64,000 nt of DNA. Origin: Beutenbergiaceae bacterium. GTDB lineage: Bacteria; Actinomycetota; Actinomycetes; Actinomycetales; Beutenbergiaceae. The notes under the pieces were generated by a model, which saw only the letters and a list, made by a program, of their open reading frames with translations, did not search any database and was not told the origin of the DNA. The position numbers and the translations under genes were made by a program. Where the stretch lies: NCBI GenBank assembly GCA_047971285.1, contig JBKDZO010000066.1:2491-66490 (forward strand). The letters run 5' to 3'. This document shows, in pieces, positions 34,511-45,108 of the stretch. How positions within the stretch are numbered: the stretch's first letter is position 1; each line of letters starts with the position of its first letter.

Positions 34511-34858
34511 GTGGCAGGTGGAAGTGCGATCCGCGGCTCGCGTGTTGGCGCCGGACCGATGGGCGAGGCAGAACGTGGCGAGGCCGCACCCCGGGTGCTG
34601 GTGTCCTATTGGTGTTCGGCAGGTCACGAGACCCGGCCCAGTTTCGCGGCCGAGCCCGGTACCGCGCCGCCGGAGCAGTGGGATTGCCCCCGCTGTGGCC
34701 TGCCCGCGGGGCAGGAGAAGGACAACCCGCCGTTGCCGCCCAAGAACGAGCCGTACAAGACGCACCTGGCCTACGTGAAGGAGCGCCGCTCCGACGCTGA
34801 CGGAGCCGCGTTGCTGGATGAGGCCCTCTCGGCGCTTCGGGCCCGCCGCGGCGGCTGA
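34511..34858 (+). CDS. rbpA: RNA polymerase-binding protein RbpA
   Basis: IRGSRVGAGPMGE ... VSYWCSAGHE ... WDCPRCG zinc motif, and the C-terminal sigma-interaction helix KTHLAYVKERRSDADGAALLDEAL. Confidence 0.9.
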   Translation: MAGGSAIRGSRVGAGPMGEAERGEAAPRVLVSYWCSAGHETRPSFAAEPGTAPPEQWDCPRCGLPAGQEKDNPPLPPKNEPYKTHLAYVKERRSDADGAALLDEALSALRARRGG

Positions 34859-34859
34859 T

Positions 34860-35597
34860 ATGCAGGTACCCGCCGGGATCCAGGCCGTCGCAGATCACGG
34901 CGCGCTGTATGCAGCCATCGGGCAGCTTCGGCTGGCTGAACGCCTTGAGGCTGAACTCGGTGAATACACCTGGAGCGGTGACCTGACCGAAGGGTGGGTG
35001 CGGTTCACCGCCACCGCTGATCCCACCCGCACGGTCGAGTCCCGGGCACAGTTCATCGCCAGTATCGCTCCTGGGCCGCGCTCCTTGCTGTGGGGCTGGG
35101 CACACCCTCAGGCTGCGGACGCCAGTGCGGCACAGCGGCTGCAGGACCTGGGTCAGCAGCATGCCCTGGCCGACCTGACCACGCCGGAAGTGTCGTTCAC
35201 CGTCGGGCAGGACATCGCTGCGGATATCGACCAGTTCGCCCACGCGGTCGGCGCCGCGGCTGTGGAAGCCACCGGGACCATCCCGTACTATTTGGCCCCG
35301 GTGGGCGGTGGAACCCGGGTGGTGTTACTGCTGCCCGACATCGAGTTGCGGGCGGTCGGCCTCGCTGTGGATGGCACCAGACTGATGTCGGCATTCGCCG
35401 AGGCGGCCACCACTCATCGGCGTCATTCGCTGCTGGGCTTCGCTCGGCACAACGGCTACGCATTGCAGTCGGACGAGACCATGGACGTGGTCAGCGACGG
35501 TCTCGGGACATCCGTCACCGCCACCTGGGACCCCCAGGGCGGCCTGATCAACCTACAGATGACGTCGCAGTCCGATACGCCCGGGCAACCGGCCTGA
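34860..35597 (+). CDS. hypothetical protein co-transcribed with rbpA
   Basis: The ATG lies 1 nt after the rbpA stop. High GC3, no TM segment, and no motif I recognise. Confidence 0.6.
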   Translation: MQVPAGIQAVADHGALYAAIGQLRLAERLEAELGEYTWSGDLTEGWVRFTATADPTRTVESRAQFIASIAPGPRSLLWGWAHPQAADASAAQRLQDLGQQHALADLTTPEVSFTVGQDIAADIDQFAHAVGAAAVEATGTIPYYLAPVGGGTRVVLLLPDIELRAVGLAVDGTRLMSAFAEAATTHRRHSLLGFARHNGYALQSDETMDVVSDGLGTSVTATWDPQGGLINLQMTSQSDTPGQPA

Positions 35598-35606
35598 TCT
35601 GTCCGT

Positions 35607-36338
35607 TCAGTTAGGTTGGCCCGCCGCGGCCGCATCGAGAAGCCAGAGCGTCACATCCTGGCCGTGGACCTGACCTGCGGGTAGCTCGCCCCGTAACGCT
35701 CCGGTGACCGCGTCGGCCTTCGCGGCGCCACCGGCCACCAGCCAGATCTGCCGCGCGGCGTTGAGTGCGGGCAGAGTCAACGACAGGCGGTGCGGCGGCG
35801 GTTTGGGCGAGTCGGTTTCGGCCACCACCGCAGCCGTGGACGCGAGCGCGGGCTTACCCGGGAACAGTGAGGCGATATGACCATCGGGTCCCATCCCGAG
35901 TAGCACCAGGTCGAATACCAAGGGCGAACCGTCGCTGGCGAACCGGGACATCGCCGCCGCGTAGTGCTGTGCGGCAGCATCGATATCGGTGAACGCCTCG
36001 CTGGAGGGCATGGGGTGCACCTGGGCCTGGGGCAACCCGACGGCGGCGCAGAACTGACTGGCCTGGGCGTCGTTGCGGTCGGGGGAGTCGGCGGCCACGA
36101 ACCGTTCATCGACCCACCACAGGTGCACGCCGCTGAAGTCCACCAGGTCCCGCAGTGCCGACTCCGCAGCGGCACCGAGCACGCCGGTACCCACCGATCC
36201 GCCGGCGATGGCCACGTGCACCGGACGGCGCACCGATTGCGCATCCAGCAGAGCCAGCAGCAGCCGTGCCGCCGTCGCCCGGTACAGGGCGGCGGAGTCG
36301 GGATGGATGATGACCGCCCGTTCGATCCGGTGACTCAT
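35607..36338 (-). CDS. pgl: 6-phosphogluconolactonase
   Basis: VAIAGGSVG, VHLWWVDERFV and LLGMGPDGHIASLFP motifs. Last gene of the tkt-tal-zwf-opcA-pgl operon. Confidence 0.9.
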   Translation of the reverse strand: MSHRIERAVIIHPDSAALYRATAARLLLALLDAQSVRRPVHVAIAGGSVGTGVLGAAAESALRDLVDFSGVHLWWVDERFVAADSPDRNDAQASQFCAAVGLPQAQVHPMPSSEAFTDIDAAAQHYAAAMSRFASDGSPLVFDLVLLGMGPDGHIASLFPGKPALASTAAVVAETDSPKPPPHRLSLTLPALNAARQIWLVAGGAAKADAVTGALRGELPAGQVHGQDVTLWLLDAAAAGQPN

Positions 36339-37261
36339 TCGACCACCGTGACCTTGGCCAGACCTCGGGTGAGCACCTTGTGGTAGATCTCATCCGGGTC
36401 CAATCGGCGCAGATCCTCCATCAGGCAGTCCTCCAACGGACGCTTCGCCATGGCGATCTTCCGATCGGGCTGACCCTGGTGGGAGATCGTCACCTCCGCG
36501 CTTCCGCTGGGCCGGCGCATGGTCACCGTGCCACGGCGACGCTCCACGTCGATGCCGTCGACCGCCGATGAACCGGGAACGTGCTCCAGCGTCACCGGAA
36601 TCTTCAGCGCATATGCCAGCCATCCCGCGAACAGGTGCGTGGACGGGCGGTGCCGGCTGCCGTAGACCCGAACCGACCGGACCGGCTCGAACGGCGGCTC
36701 ATCCAGGGCCGCTGCGACCACCGCCCGCCACAGGGTGGTGCGGGCCCAGCTGAGGTCGGTATCGCCCGGTGCGTAGGACTGGGCCAGCCGGTGCAGCAGG
36801 TCGATCGCGTCACCACATTCCCCGACGTCGGAGATGCGCCGCTGTGCCATGGCGCCCAACAGGTCAGCGCCCAGGTCGGCCGGGGGTTCCTTGGGCCACC
36901 ACACGACGATCGGTGCATCCGGAAGCAGTAGCGGTGTCACCAGGGTGTCCACTTCGTGCCGGCCCGGCCCGCGCGGCCGCAACACCACGACGTCGGAGGC
37001 CCCGGCGTCCGCGCCCACCCGGATCTCGCCATCCAGGCCAGAACTGCGCCGGCCATCTCCCGGCTGCACCACGATCACCCGGCACGGGTGCTCACGGCTG
37101 GCTTCGTTGGCCGCCTGCACCGCCGGTTCGATGTCCGTGCCGCCGGTCACGATGATCAGGGTCAGCACCCGGCCCAAGGCCACCGCGCCGCCCTCTTCAC
37201 GCAGGTCCACCAGCCGGCTGGCGATAGCCGAGGTGGTGGTGTCGGTCAGGGTGATGATCAT
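36335..37261 (-). CDS. opcA: glucose-6-phosphate dehydrogenase assembly protein OpcA
   Basis: The start MIITLTDTTTSAIASRL resembles corynebacterial OpcA N-termini. ATGA overlap with the zwf stop, and position between zwf and pgl. Confidence 0.9.
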   Translation of the reverse strand: MIITLTDTTTSAIASRLVDLREEGGAVALGRVLTLIIVTGGTDIEPAVQAANEASREHPCRVIVVQPGDGRRSSGLDGEIRVGADAGASDVVVLRPRGPGRHEVDTLVTPLLLPDAPIVVWWPKEPPADLGADLLGAMAQRRISDVGECGDAIDLLHRLAQSYAPGDTDLSWARTTLWRAVVAAALDEPPFEPVRSVRVYGSRHRPSTHLFAGWLAYALKIPVTLEHVPGSSAVDGIDVERRRGTVTMRRPSGSAEVTISHQGQPDRKIAMAKRPLEDCLMEDLRRLDPDEIYHKVLTRGLAKVTVVE

Positions 37262-38796
37262 GGTCGCCTCCACACGCGTCCGTCGCGAGCGAGCATTGCG
37301 TCGGCGGATTCTGGTCCCCAGCTACCGGGTCGATACTCCTGTGGCGCGCCCTTGCGGGCCCAGTAATTGAGGATCGGATCCAGGATCTCCCAGGACAGCT
37401 CTACCTCCCGTTGCCGGGGGAACAGTGGCGGATCGCCGAGCAGCACATCCAGGATGAGCCGCTCGTACGCCTCCGGAGAGGACTCGGTGAACGCGTGCCC
37501 GTAGCCGAAGTCCATGGTCACGTCCCGGACTTCCATCTGGGTACCGGGGACTTTGGAGCCGAACCGGATGGTCACACCCTCGTCGGGTTGCACCCGGATG
37601 ACGATCGCATTCTGACCCAGCTCCTGAGTGTCCTGCATGTCGAACGGCAGGTGCGGTGCGCGCTTGAACACTACCGCGATCTCGGTGACCCGGCGTCCCA
37701 GGCGCTTCCCGGTGCGCAGGTAGAACGGCACCCCGGCCCACCGGCGATTGTCGATATCGAGCCGAACGGCTGCGTAGGTCTCCGTTCTCGACTGCGGGTT
37801 CATCCCGTCCTCGGACAGGAACGCCGTGACCTCCTCGCCACCTTGCCAGCCGGCACCGTACTGGCCACGGGCGGTGTGCCGGCCCAGGTCGCGGGGAAGC
37901 CGCACCGATGCCAGCACCTTCTCCTTTTCGGCGCGCAACTCGGCCGCCTCGAAGGACGCTGGCTCCTCCATAGCGGTCAGCGCGAGCAACTGCAGCAGGT
38001 GATTCTGGATGACGTCCCGGGCAGCGCCAATGCCGTCGTAGTAGCCGGCGCGTGAACCGATGCCGATGTCCTCAGCCATGGTGATCTGGACATGGTCGAC
38101 GTAGTTGGCGTTCCAGATGGGCTCGAACATCTGATTCGCGAACCGTAGTGCCAGCAGGTTCTGCACCGTCTCCTTGCCGAGATAGTGATCGATCCGGAAC
38201 ACCGAATCGGGCGGAAAGACCTCCGAGACCACCCGATCCAGCTCCTGTGCCGAGGCCAGGTCGTGTCCGAACGGCTTCTCGATGACGACCCGGCGCCAAC
38301 TGCCCGGATCCGGCATCGACAGGCCTGCCTCGGCGATCTGCTCGCACACCACCGGAAACTGGCCCGGCGGGATCGACAGGTAGAACGCGTGGTTGCCACC
38401 GGTGCCGCGTTCCTCATCCAGCCGGTCGATGGTGCGCGCCAGTCGTTTGAACGCCTTGTCGTCGCCGAATTCACCGGAAACGAAGCGGATGCCGGAGGAG
38501 AGCTGTTCCCAGACCTTCTCGTCGTACGGTGTGCGCGCGTGCTGTTTGACCGCCTTGTGCACGATGGCCCGGAAATCCTGATCTTCCCAATCACGACGCG
38601 CGAATCCCACCAGGGCAAAACCCGGAGGGAGTAGGCCACGGTTGGTCAGGTCGTACACCGCTGGCATCAATTTGCGTCGGGCCAGGTCCCCGGTGACTCC
38701 GAAGATGACCAGTGAACTCGGACCGGCGATCCGGGGCAGACGGCGATCGCCGGGAAGCCGTAGTGGGTTGGCCCCCGGCGCAACTGGTACCGGCAT
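37258..38796 (-). CDS. zwf: glucose-6-phosphate dehydrogenase
   Basis: LVIFGVTGDLARRKL NADP motif and the active site RIDHYLGKE. ATG 38796 shares its A with the tal TAA stop (TAATG). The 757-aa ORF in the track is read-through into the tal region. Confidence 0.96.
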   Translation of the reverse strand: MPVPVAPGANPLRLPGDRRLPRIAGPSSLVIFGVTGDLARRKLMPAVYDLTNRGLLPPGFALVGFARRDWEDQDFRAIVHKAVKQHARTPYDEKVWEQLSSGIRFVSGEFGDDKAFKRLARTIDRLDEERGTGGNHAFYLSIPPGQFPVVCEQIAEAGLSMPDPGSWRRVVIEKPFGHDLASAQELDRVVSEVFPPDSVFRIDHYLGKETVQNLLALRFANQMFEPIWNANYVDHVQITMAEDIGIGSRAGYYDGIGAARDVIQNHLLQLLALTAMEEPASFEAAELRAEKEKVLASVRLPRDLGRHTARGQYGAGWQGGEEVTAFLSEDGMNPQSRTETYAAVRLDIDNRRWAGVPFYLRTGKRLGRRVTEIAVVFKRAPHLPFDMQDTQELGQNAIVIRVQPDEGVTIRFGSKVPGTQMEVRDVTMDFGYGHAFTESSPEAYERLILDVLLGDPPLFPRQREVELSWEILDPILNYWARKGAPQEYRPGSWGPESADAMLARDGRVWRRP

Positions 38797-39929
38797 TAGC
38801 CCTCGACCTGCCCTGCCCGGGCCCGCAGGCCGGCCTCGACCTGTTCCAGCAGAGTGGCCCAGCTGTCCTCGAACGAGGTCACTCCAGCAGCCTCCAGGTC
38901 GAGCAGGATCTGATCGAACTCCACGCCCAGGTCGGTGATGGCCGTGAGGGTGTCCCGGGCTGCGTCGGCGGTACCGGCGACCACATCCGCACCGGTGGCC
39001 GCGGAATGGTCGGCCACCGCCTCCAGCGTCTTGCGGGGCATGGTGTTGACCACGTCGGCGGTCACCAGTTCGTCCACATACATGGTGTCGGGATAGTCCG
39101 GGTTCTTGGTCCCGGTCGAGGCCCACAGCGGCCGTTGCCGGTGAGCGCCGCCGAGTGCGGCGAATCGCGGTGTCGCGAACACATCCTCGAAGATCTCGTA
39201 GGCCAGGCGGGAGTTGGCGATGGCGGCCTTGCCGCGCAGAGCCAAGGCCGCTGGCGAACCGATTCGGTCCAGCGCGGCATCGACCTTGGTGTCGATCCGG
39301 GACAGGAAAATCGACGCCACCGAACGGATGGTGGACACGTCGACACCGTTGGCCTCGGCCTGCTCCAGACCGTCCACATAGGCATTGGCAACGGCGCGAT
39401 AGCGATCGAGGCCGAAAATCAGGGTGACGTTGACGCTGATCCCGGCGGCGATGGTCGCGGTGATTGCTGGCAGACCGGCCTCGGTAGCCGGGATCTTGAT
39501 CATCGCATTCGGCCGGTCGACCGTACGCCACAACTGTTGTGCGGCCGCGATCGTTCCGGCGGTGTCGTGCGCCAGCCGCGGGTCGACCTCGATCGACACC
39601 CGACCGTCCCGGCCGCTGGTGGCCTGATACGTGGCGGCGAAGACATCGCAGGCGTCCCGCACGTCATCGGTCGTCAACGCCAGCGCGGCCTCATCCGCGC
39701 TGGCGCCATCCGCACCCAAGCCAGCGAGCTGGCTGGCATAGGCATCGCCGCCCGCGACCGCCCCGGCGAAGATGGTGGGGTTGGTGGTGACCCCGACCAC
39801 GTGCCGGGTGCCGATCAACTCGGCCAGGGTGCCGTTGGTCAGGGCGTCCCGGGACAGGTCGTCCAGCCACACCGACACTCCGGCCCGGGATATCAGCTCA
39901 AGGCCGTTGGTTGCAGTTTCGGAAGTCAT
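38796..39929 (-). CDS. tal: transaldolase (long actinobacterial form)
   Basis: GVSVWLDDLSR, GVTTNPTIF and the Schiff-base lysine context AMIKIPAT. Start at MTSETATNG (39929). Confidence 0.95.
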   Translation of the reverse strand: MTSETATNGLELISRAGVSVWLDDLSRDALTNGTLAELIGTRHVVGVTTNPTIFAGAVAGGDAYASQLAGLGADGASADEAALALTTDDVRDACDVFAATYQATSGRDGRVSIEVDPRLAHDTAGTIAAAQQLWRTVDRPNAMIKIPATEAGLPAITATIAAGISVNVTLIFGLDRYRAVANAYVDGLEQAEANGVDVSTIRSVASIFLSRIDTKVDAALDRIGSPAALALRGKAAIANSRLAYEIFEDVFATPRFAALGGAHRQRPLWASTGTKNPDYPDTMYVDELVTADVVNTMPRKTLEAVADHSAATGADVVAGTADAARDTLTAITDLGVEFDQILLDLEAAGVTSFEDSWATLLEQVEAGLRARAGQVEG

Positions 39930-39961
39930 CTGATTCCTCTCGACGATGCCGGTGGCGATGG

Positions 39962-42085
39962 TCAGGATCCGGCGGCGGCGATCGACTCGTGCGCGGCGGC
40001 CACGACAGCCTCCGGTGTGAACCCGAACTCGCGGAACAGCGTTGCGGCGTCCGCAGAAGCACCGAAGTGCTCCAACGACACGGCCCGCCCGGCATCGCCC
40101 AGATAGCGGTACCACGGCATCGCGATCCCGGCTTCGACGCTCACCCGGGCCCGGACGGCGGCAGGCAGCACTGACTCGCGGTATTCGGCGTCCTGCTCGG
40201 AGAACCACTCCAGGCACGGTGCCGAAACCACCCGGGTCCCGATTCCCGCTGCCTCCAGCGTCTGGCGGGCAGCCACCGCCAGCTGGACTTCCGAACCCGT
40301 GCCGATCAGCACCACATCCGGGATTTCGGTGCTGGACTCCAGCAGCACGTACGCGCCGCGGGCCACACCGCCGGTGTCGGCGAAACCGTCTGTACCGCGG
40401 GGGAAGGTGGGGATCGCCTGCCTGGTCAGCACCAGCCCGATCGGCTGCCCGGTCCGTTCCAGGGTGGCCTGCCAGGCCGCAGCGGTCTCATTGGCGTCCG
40501 CGGGACGGACGACGGCCAGTCCGGGTATGGCACGGCACGCTGCCAGGTGCTCGACCGGCTGGTGGGTCGGCCCGTCCTCACCCAGCCCGATGGAATCATG
40601 CGTCCAGACGAAGATCGGGTCCACACCCATGAGTGCTGCCAGGCGCACGGCGGGCCGCATGTAGTCGCTGAAGGTGAAGAACGTGCCGCCGTAGGGGCGG
40701 GTCAAGCCATCGACGGCGATGCCGTTGAGGACTGCGCCCATGCCGAACTCGCGGATTCCGAAATGCAGCGTGCGGCCGTATTCGTGCCCGGCGAACTCCT
40801 CCGAGGAACGTTCCGCGGGCAGGAACGACGGCTCACCCTTCATGGTGGTGTTGTTCGACCCGGCCAGATCGGCGGACCCGCCCCACAGCTCCGGCAAGAC
40901 CGGCGCCAGAGCGTTCAGGATGGTGCCGGAAGCGGCACGGGTGGCCACGGACTTGCCGGATTCGAAGCTTGGCAACGCATCGGTCCATCCCTGTGGCAGG
41001 GTCCGGGACCGCAGCCGGTCCAGCAGCGCGGCCCGCTCCGGTTCCCGGGACGCCCAACCGGCCAGTTCGGCATCCCACGCCTGGTGCGCCGCCGCGCCAC
41101 GCTGCACCAGCTCCCGCGACCGTGCCAGCGCCGCCGGGTCGACGTCGAACGCAGCCGCCGGGTCGAGGTTCAGGGCGGACTTCAGACTGGCGACCTCATC
41201 GGCCCCGAGCTTGGCGCCATGGGAGTCATGGCTGTCCTGCTTGCCGGGGCTGGGCCAGGCGATGATGGTGCGGAGCCGGATGAAGCTCGGCTGGTCCGTG
41301 TTCGCCCGGGCCGCCGCCAGCGCCGCCGCCAACGCATCGACGTTCTCGACGTAGTCCGAACCGTCGCCGACCCAGTCCACGGTCTGGGTGTGCCAGCCGT
41401 AGGACTCGTACCGGCCCAGGACGTCCTCGGTGAAGGCGATCGATGTGTGCCCCTCGATGGTGATCCGGTTGTCATCCCAGATCACGATCAAATTGCCCAG
41501 CTTCTGCGTTCCGGCCAGCGAGGCGGTCTCCGACGACACGCCCTCTTGCAGGCAGCCCTCACCCACGACCGAGTACACGGCGTAGTCGAACGGTGACTGC
41601 CCGGCCGGTGCGTCCGGGTCCAGCAGGCCGCGGACCCGGCGTTGTTCCATCGCCATCCCCACCGCCATCGACACGCCCTGGCCCAGGGGTCCGGTGGTTG
41701 CTTCCACGCCCTTGGTGTGACCGAACTCCGGGTGCCCGGGGGTCAGTGAGCCCCAGCTCCGCAACGATTCCAGGTCGGCCAGCTCCAACCCGAATCCGCC
41801 CAGGTACAACTGCACGTACTGCAGCAAGCACGCGTGACCGGCGGAGAGGACGAACCGGTCTCTGCCCAGCCAGGCCGGGTCCGCCGGGTCCACCCGCATC
41901 ACGTTCTGGTAGAGCAGATAGGCCAGCGGCGCGAGGCTGATCGCGGTTCCGGGATGCCCGTTGCCGACGTTCTCCACGGCGTCAGCAGCGAGCACTCGCG
42001 CGGTGGCGACGGCCAACTGATCGGCGTCGTTCCAGCCCACGTCGGTCGCGATCGGGGTAGCTACATGCGCTGCGGTCTCGGTCAT
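39962..42085 (-). CDS. tkt: transketolase
   Basis: [12 protein letters not shown], the ThDP motif [12 protein letters not shown] and [13 protein letters not shown]. Start at MTETAAH (42085). The 42622 start is a non-coding extension. Confidence 0.96.
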   Translation of the reverse strand: MTETAAHVATPIATDVGWNDADQLAVATARVLAADAVENVGNGHPGTAISLAPLAYLLYQNVMRVDPADPAWLGRDRFVLSAGHACLLQYVQLYLGGFGLELADLESLRSWGSLTPGHPEFGHTKGVEATTGPLGQGVSMAVGMAMEQRRVRGLLDPDAPAGQSPFDYAVYSVVGEGCLQEGVSSETASLAGTQKLGNLIVIWDDNRITIEGHTSIAFTEDVLGRYESYGWHTQTVDWVGDGSDYVENVDALAAALAAARANTDQPSFIRLRTIIAWPSPGKQDSHDSHGAKLGADEVASLKSALNLDPAAAFDVDPAALARSRELVQRGAAAHQAWDAELAGWASREPERAALLDRLRSRTLPQGWTDALPSFESGKSVATRAASGTILNALAPVLPELWGGSADLAGSNNTTMKGEPSFLPAERSSEEFAGHEYGRTLHFGIREFGMGAVLNGIAVDGLTRPYGGTFFTFSDYMRPAVRLAALMGVDPIFVWTHDSIGLGEDGPTHQPVEHLAACRAIPGLAVVRPADANETAAAWQATLERTGQPIGLVLTRQAIPTFPRGTDGFADTGGVARGAYVLLESSTEIPDVVLIGTGSEVQLAVAARQTLEAAGIGTRVVSAPCLEWFSEQDAEYRESVLPAAVRARVSVEAGIAMPWYRYLGDAGRAVSLEHFGASADAATLFREFGFTPEAVVAAAHESIAAAGS

Positions 42086-42226
42086 CTGTCCTCTTCCCGC
42101 CCTGTTCGGGCTCAAACGTCCCTCACCCGCGCCGTTCGGGTCAGCGGATGTGCCGGTACGCGGCCGGTCTGACAGCAGGTTAATGCCACTGCCCGCGGCG
42201 GACACGCCTGTCTCACCCAGAGGTCG

Positions 42227-43240
42227 GTGGCGGTGCGAGTGCGAGCGCCTAGACTCGAGCGCGTGGCACATCCGCATACCGACGCGCAACCAAGCGCCCC
42301 GCAGCCGGTCGCTGCTGCGAACCGCGCGGCGAACGTCTCGCCGCCGGCCGCTCGTCCGGGACTGCGCCGGGTGGCGCGTGGCCTGGTCGCACTGACCAAG
42401 CCACGGATCATCGAGCTGCTGCTGATCACCACCGTTCCGACCATGATGCTTGCCGCCGGCGGCTGGCCAGGCACCTGGTTGCTGATCGCGACCGTGGTCG
42501 GCGGCACCCTCGCAGCGGGAAGTGCCAACGCGTACAACATGTGGTGGGACCGCGATATCGACGCGGTGATGAAGCGCACCAAGAACCGGCCCCTGGTCAC
42601 CGGCGATGTCACCTCGGCGCAAGCGCTGGTCTTCGCGTCGGTGCTGGCCCTAGCTTCGGTGCTGTGGTTGGGGCTGCTGGTCAACTGGGTCGCGGCCTGG
42701 CTGGCGCTGGCGGCGAACGTGATGTACTCGGTGGGCTACACCATGCTGCTGAAGCGGCACACGGCGCAGAACATCGTCTGGGGTGGCGCTGCCGGATGTA
42801 TGCCGGTCCTGATCGGCTGGGCGGCGGTCACCGGCTCGGTGGGGTGGGCCCCAGTGCTGCTGTTCGGGATCATCTTCTTCTGGACGCCGCCGCACTACTG
42901 GCCGCTGTCGATGAAGTTCAAAGACGACTACGCCGCCGCCGGTGTGCCGATGCTCCCGGTGGTCGCCGAGAATGTTGCGGTCGCGCGGCAGATCATCGTC
43001 TACTCACTGCTGATGATCGCCTGTTCGCTGGCTCTTGTCCCGGTCGCGGGGATGAGCTGGGTCTACACGGTGATCGCGGTGTTGGCGGGGGTGTGGTTCT
43101 GCGCGATCTGCGTGGTGCTGTACCGGCGCACCGCGACCGGCGCCCGCAAGACCGAGGCGATGTCGGTGTTCCACGCCTCGATCACGTATCTGACGGTGGT
43201 GTTCGTCGCTGTGGCCATCGACCCGTTCCTACCGTTCTGA
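42227..43240 (+). CDS. ctaB: heme o synthase (protoheme IX farnesyltransferase)
   Basis: [31 protein letters not shown] (UbiA-type Asp-rich motif) and WTPPHYW. The exact start is uncertain and may lie downstream of 42227. Confidence 0.9.
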   Translation: MAVRVRAPRLERVAHPHTDAQPSAPQPVAAANRAANVSPPAARPGLRRVARGLVALTKPRIIELLLITTVPTMMLAAGGWPGTWLLIATVVGGTLAAGSANAYNMWWDRDIDAVMKRTKNRPLVTGDVTSAQALVFASVLALASVLWLGLLVNWVAAWLALAANVMYSVGYTMLLKRHTAQNIVWGGAAGCMPVLIGWAAVTGSVGWAPVLLFGIIFFWTPPHYWPLSMKFKDDYAAAGVPMLPVVAENVAVARQIIVYSLLMIACSLALVPVAGMSWVYTVIAVLAGVWFCAICVVLYRRTATGARKTEAMSVFHASITYLTVVFVAVAIDPFLPF

Positions 43241-43268
43241 CCGGTCGTGGCGTAGGCCCGTTGCACCC

Positions 43269-44192
43269 ATGACCCCGGCACAGTCGCTGCGGCAGTACCT
43301 GGCCCATCTGGGCGTGGAACGCGGCTTGTCCCAGCACACGGTGGCCGCCTACCAACGGGACCTGACCCGGTACTGCAGTTATCTGCGCGACCAAGGGATC
43401 GGCTCTCTGCAGCAAGTCGGAGAACCCGTGGTCGGGGCGTACCTGGAAGTGCTGCGTACCGGCTCCGACGGCGGTTCGGCGCTATCGGCCACGTCGGCCA
43501 ACCGGGCGGTGGTGGCGGTGCGTGGCTGGCACCGGTTCGAGGTGCGTGAAGGCCGGTCACAGACCGACCCCGCTGCCGGCGTGCGGCCGGCCGGAACCAC
43601 GAAACGGCTACCCAAGGCCATCTCCATCGAGGAGGTCGAACGTTTGCTGGCCGGGGCATCGTCCGCGCCGGGCGTGCTCGGGCTGCGCGACCGGGCGCTG
43701 GTGGAGGTGCTGTACGGCACCGGCGCGCGCATCAGCGAGGCGGTCGGGCTCAGCGTCGACGACGTGGAAACCGCCGACAGCGCCACGCTGCGGCTGTTCG
43801 GCAAGGGGCGCAAGGAGCGGGTGGTCCCGATCGGCAGCTACGCGGTGGAGGCGATCGGGGCCTACCTGGTGCGGAGCCGCCCGGAACTGGCGAGCAAGGG
43901 CCGCGGCAACGCGGCACTGTTCCTGAATCAACGCGGCAATCCGCTTTCGCGCCAGAGCGCGTGGGCGGTCCTGCAGGACGCTGCCGATCGGGCCAAGCTC
44001 ACCGCGCACATTTCACCGCATACGCTCCGGCATTCCTACGCCACGCACCTGCTGGCCGGAGGCGCCGATGTCAGGGTGGTGCAGGAATTGCTCGGTCACG
44101 CGTCGGTGACGACAACGCAGATCTACACGCTGGTCACACCCGACGCACTCCGGGAGGTCTACGCGGCCAGCCATCCGCGAGCTCTCGGCTAG
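43269..44192 (+). CDS. xerD: site-specific tyrosine recombinase XerD
   Basis: [24 protein letters not shown]-terminal SAM-like domain. Catalytic [17 protein letters not shown] and [12 protein letters not shown](Y). Confidence 0.9.
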   Translation: MTPAQSLRQYLAHLGVERGLSQHTVAAYQRDLTRYCSYLRDQGIGSLQQVGEPVVGAYLEVLRTGSDGGSALSATSANRAVVAVRGWHRFEVREGRSQTDPAAGVRPAGTTKRLPKAISIEEVERLLAGASSAPGVLGLRDRALVEVLYGTGARISEAVGLSVDDVETADSATLRLFGKGRKERVVPIGSYAVEAIGAYLVRSRPELASKGRGNAALFLNQRGNPLSRQSAWAVLQDAADRAKLTAHISPHTLRHSYATHLLAGGADVRVVQELLGHASVTTTQIYTLVTPDALREVYAASHPRALG

Positions 44193-44262
44193 CCGGGTCG
44201 CATCCAAGCTCGCCGCGCGTTCCGTTGGCTCCGGCGGTCAACGCAGACTAGGTTTAGGCCCG

Positions 44263-45108
44263 ATGAGCACCGACGACAAGGATCCGGACGCCGCGCGCGA
44301 CTTCCCCGACCCACCGCCGCTGGGCTCCCACGGACCGGCCCGGATCATCGCCATGTGCAACCAGAAGGGCGGGGTGGGTAAGACCACCACCACGATCAAC
44401 CTGGGCGCCGCGCTGGCACAGTACGGTCGCCGGGTACTCATCGTGGACCTGGACCCGCAAGGTGCGGCGTCGGCGGGCCTGGGGGTGAACGCTCATGAGC
44501 TGGAAGCCACCATCTACACGGAGCTGATGAAGAACCGGCCCGACGTCGCCGAGATCATCGTGCAGACCTCGGAGCAGGGCCTGGATCTGGCACCGGCGAA
44601 CATCGACCTGTCCGCCGCCGACGTGCAACTGGTCAATGAGGTGGCCCGCGAGCAGGCATTGTCGCGGGTGTTGCGTTCGGTCGCCGACGACTACGACGTG
44701 ATCCTGATCGATTGCCAGCCGTCCCTGGGCCTGCTGACCGTCAACGCGCTGACCGCCTCCCACGGCGTGATCATCCCGCTGGAGACCGAGTACTTCGCGT
44801 TGCGTGGTGTGGCGCTGTTGATCGAGACCATCGAAAAGGTGCGCGACCGGCTCAACCCCCGGCTGCAGACCGACGGGATTCTGGCCACCATGTACGACGG
44901 CCGCACCCTGCACTCGCGCGAGGTGTTGGAGCGTGTGCGTGAGGCATTCGGCGATCAGGTGTTCTCCACCGTGATCGCGCGCACCGTCAAGTTCCCCGAT
45001 GCCTCGGTCGCGACCGAATCGATCCTGACGTACGCCCCTAATCATCCCGGTGCCTACGCCTATAAGAAGCTAGCCCGTGAGTTGGTCGCCCGTGGCGCCG
45101 CCGCCTGA
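44263..45108 (+). CDS. ParA/Soj-family partition ATPase (chromosomal, scpAB-linked)
   Basis: Deviant Walker A NQKGGVGKTTTT. Walker A' and Walker B (DLDPQG, ILIDCQPS). Confidence 0.9.
   Translation: MSTDDKDPDAARDFPDPPPLGSHGPARIIAMCNQKGGVGKTTTTINLGAALAQYGRRVLIVDLDPQGAASAGLGVNAHELEATIYTELMKNRPDVAEIIVQTSEQGLDLAPANIDLSAADVQLVNEVAREQALSRVLRSVADDYDVILIDCQPSLGLLTVNALTASHGVIIPLETEYFALRGVALLIETIEKVRDRLNPRLQTDGILATMYDGRTLHSREVLERVREAFGDQVFSTVIARTVKFPDASVATESILTYAPNHPGAYAYKKLARELVARGAAA

Noticed and set aside
37258-39531. A 757-aa ORF suggesting a fused, extended Zwf. Similar long N-terminal extensions appear at 580 (uvrB), 4395 (SIS protein), 25742 (uvrC), 28705 (yvcK), 39962-42622 (tkt) and 38796-40217 (tal)
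   Set aside because: The extensions run through the neighbouring gene or intergenic region in another frame and are Arg/Pro-rich. They precede internal start codons that give canonical N-termini, often with ATGA, GTGA or TAATG stop-start coupling.
43241-43268. A chromosomal dif site next to xerD
   Set aside because: I found no 28-nt imperfect palindrome resembling a dif core in the xerD flanks. The dif site is expected at the replication terminus rather than beside xerD.
43269-45108. A tyrosine recombinase plus a ParA ATPase as a possible integrated mobile element or plasmid remnant
   Set aside because: The recombinase has full XerD hallmarks. It sits in the conserved actinobacterial xerD-parA-scpA-scpB-rluB chromosome-segregation context. 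There are no flanking repeats, no tRNA, no att-like duplication and no compositional shift.
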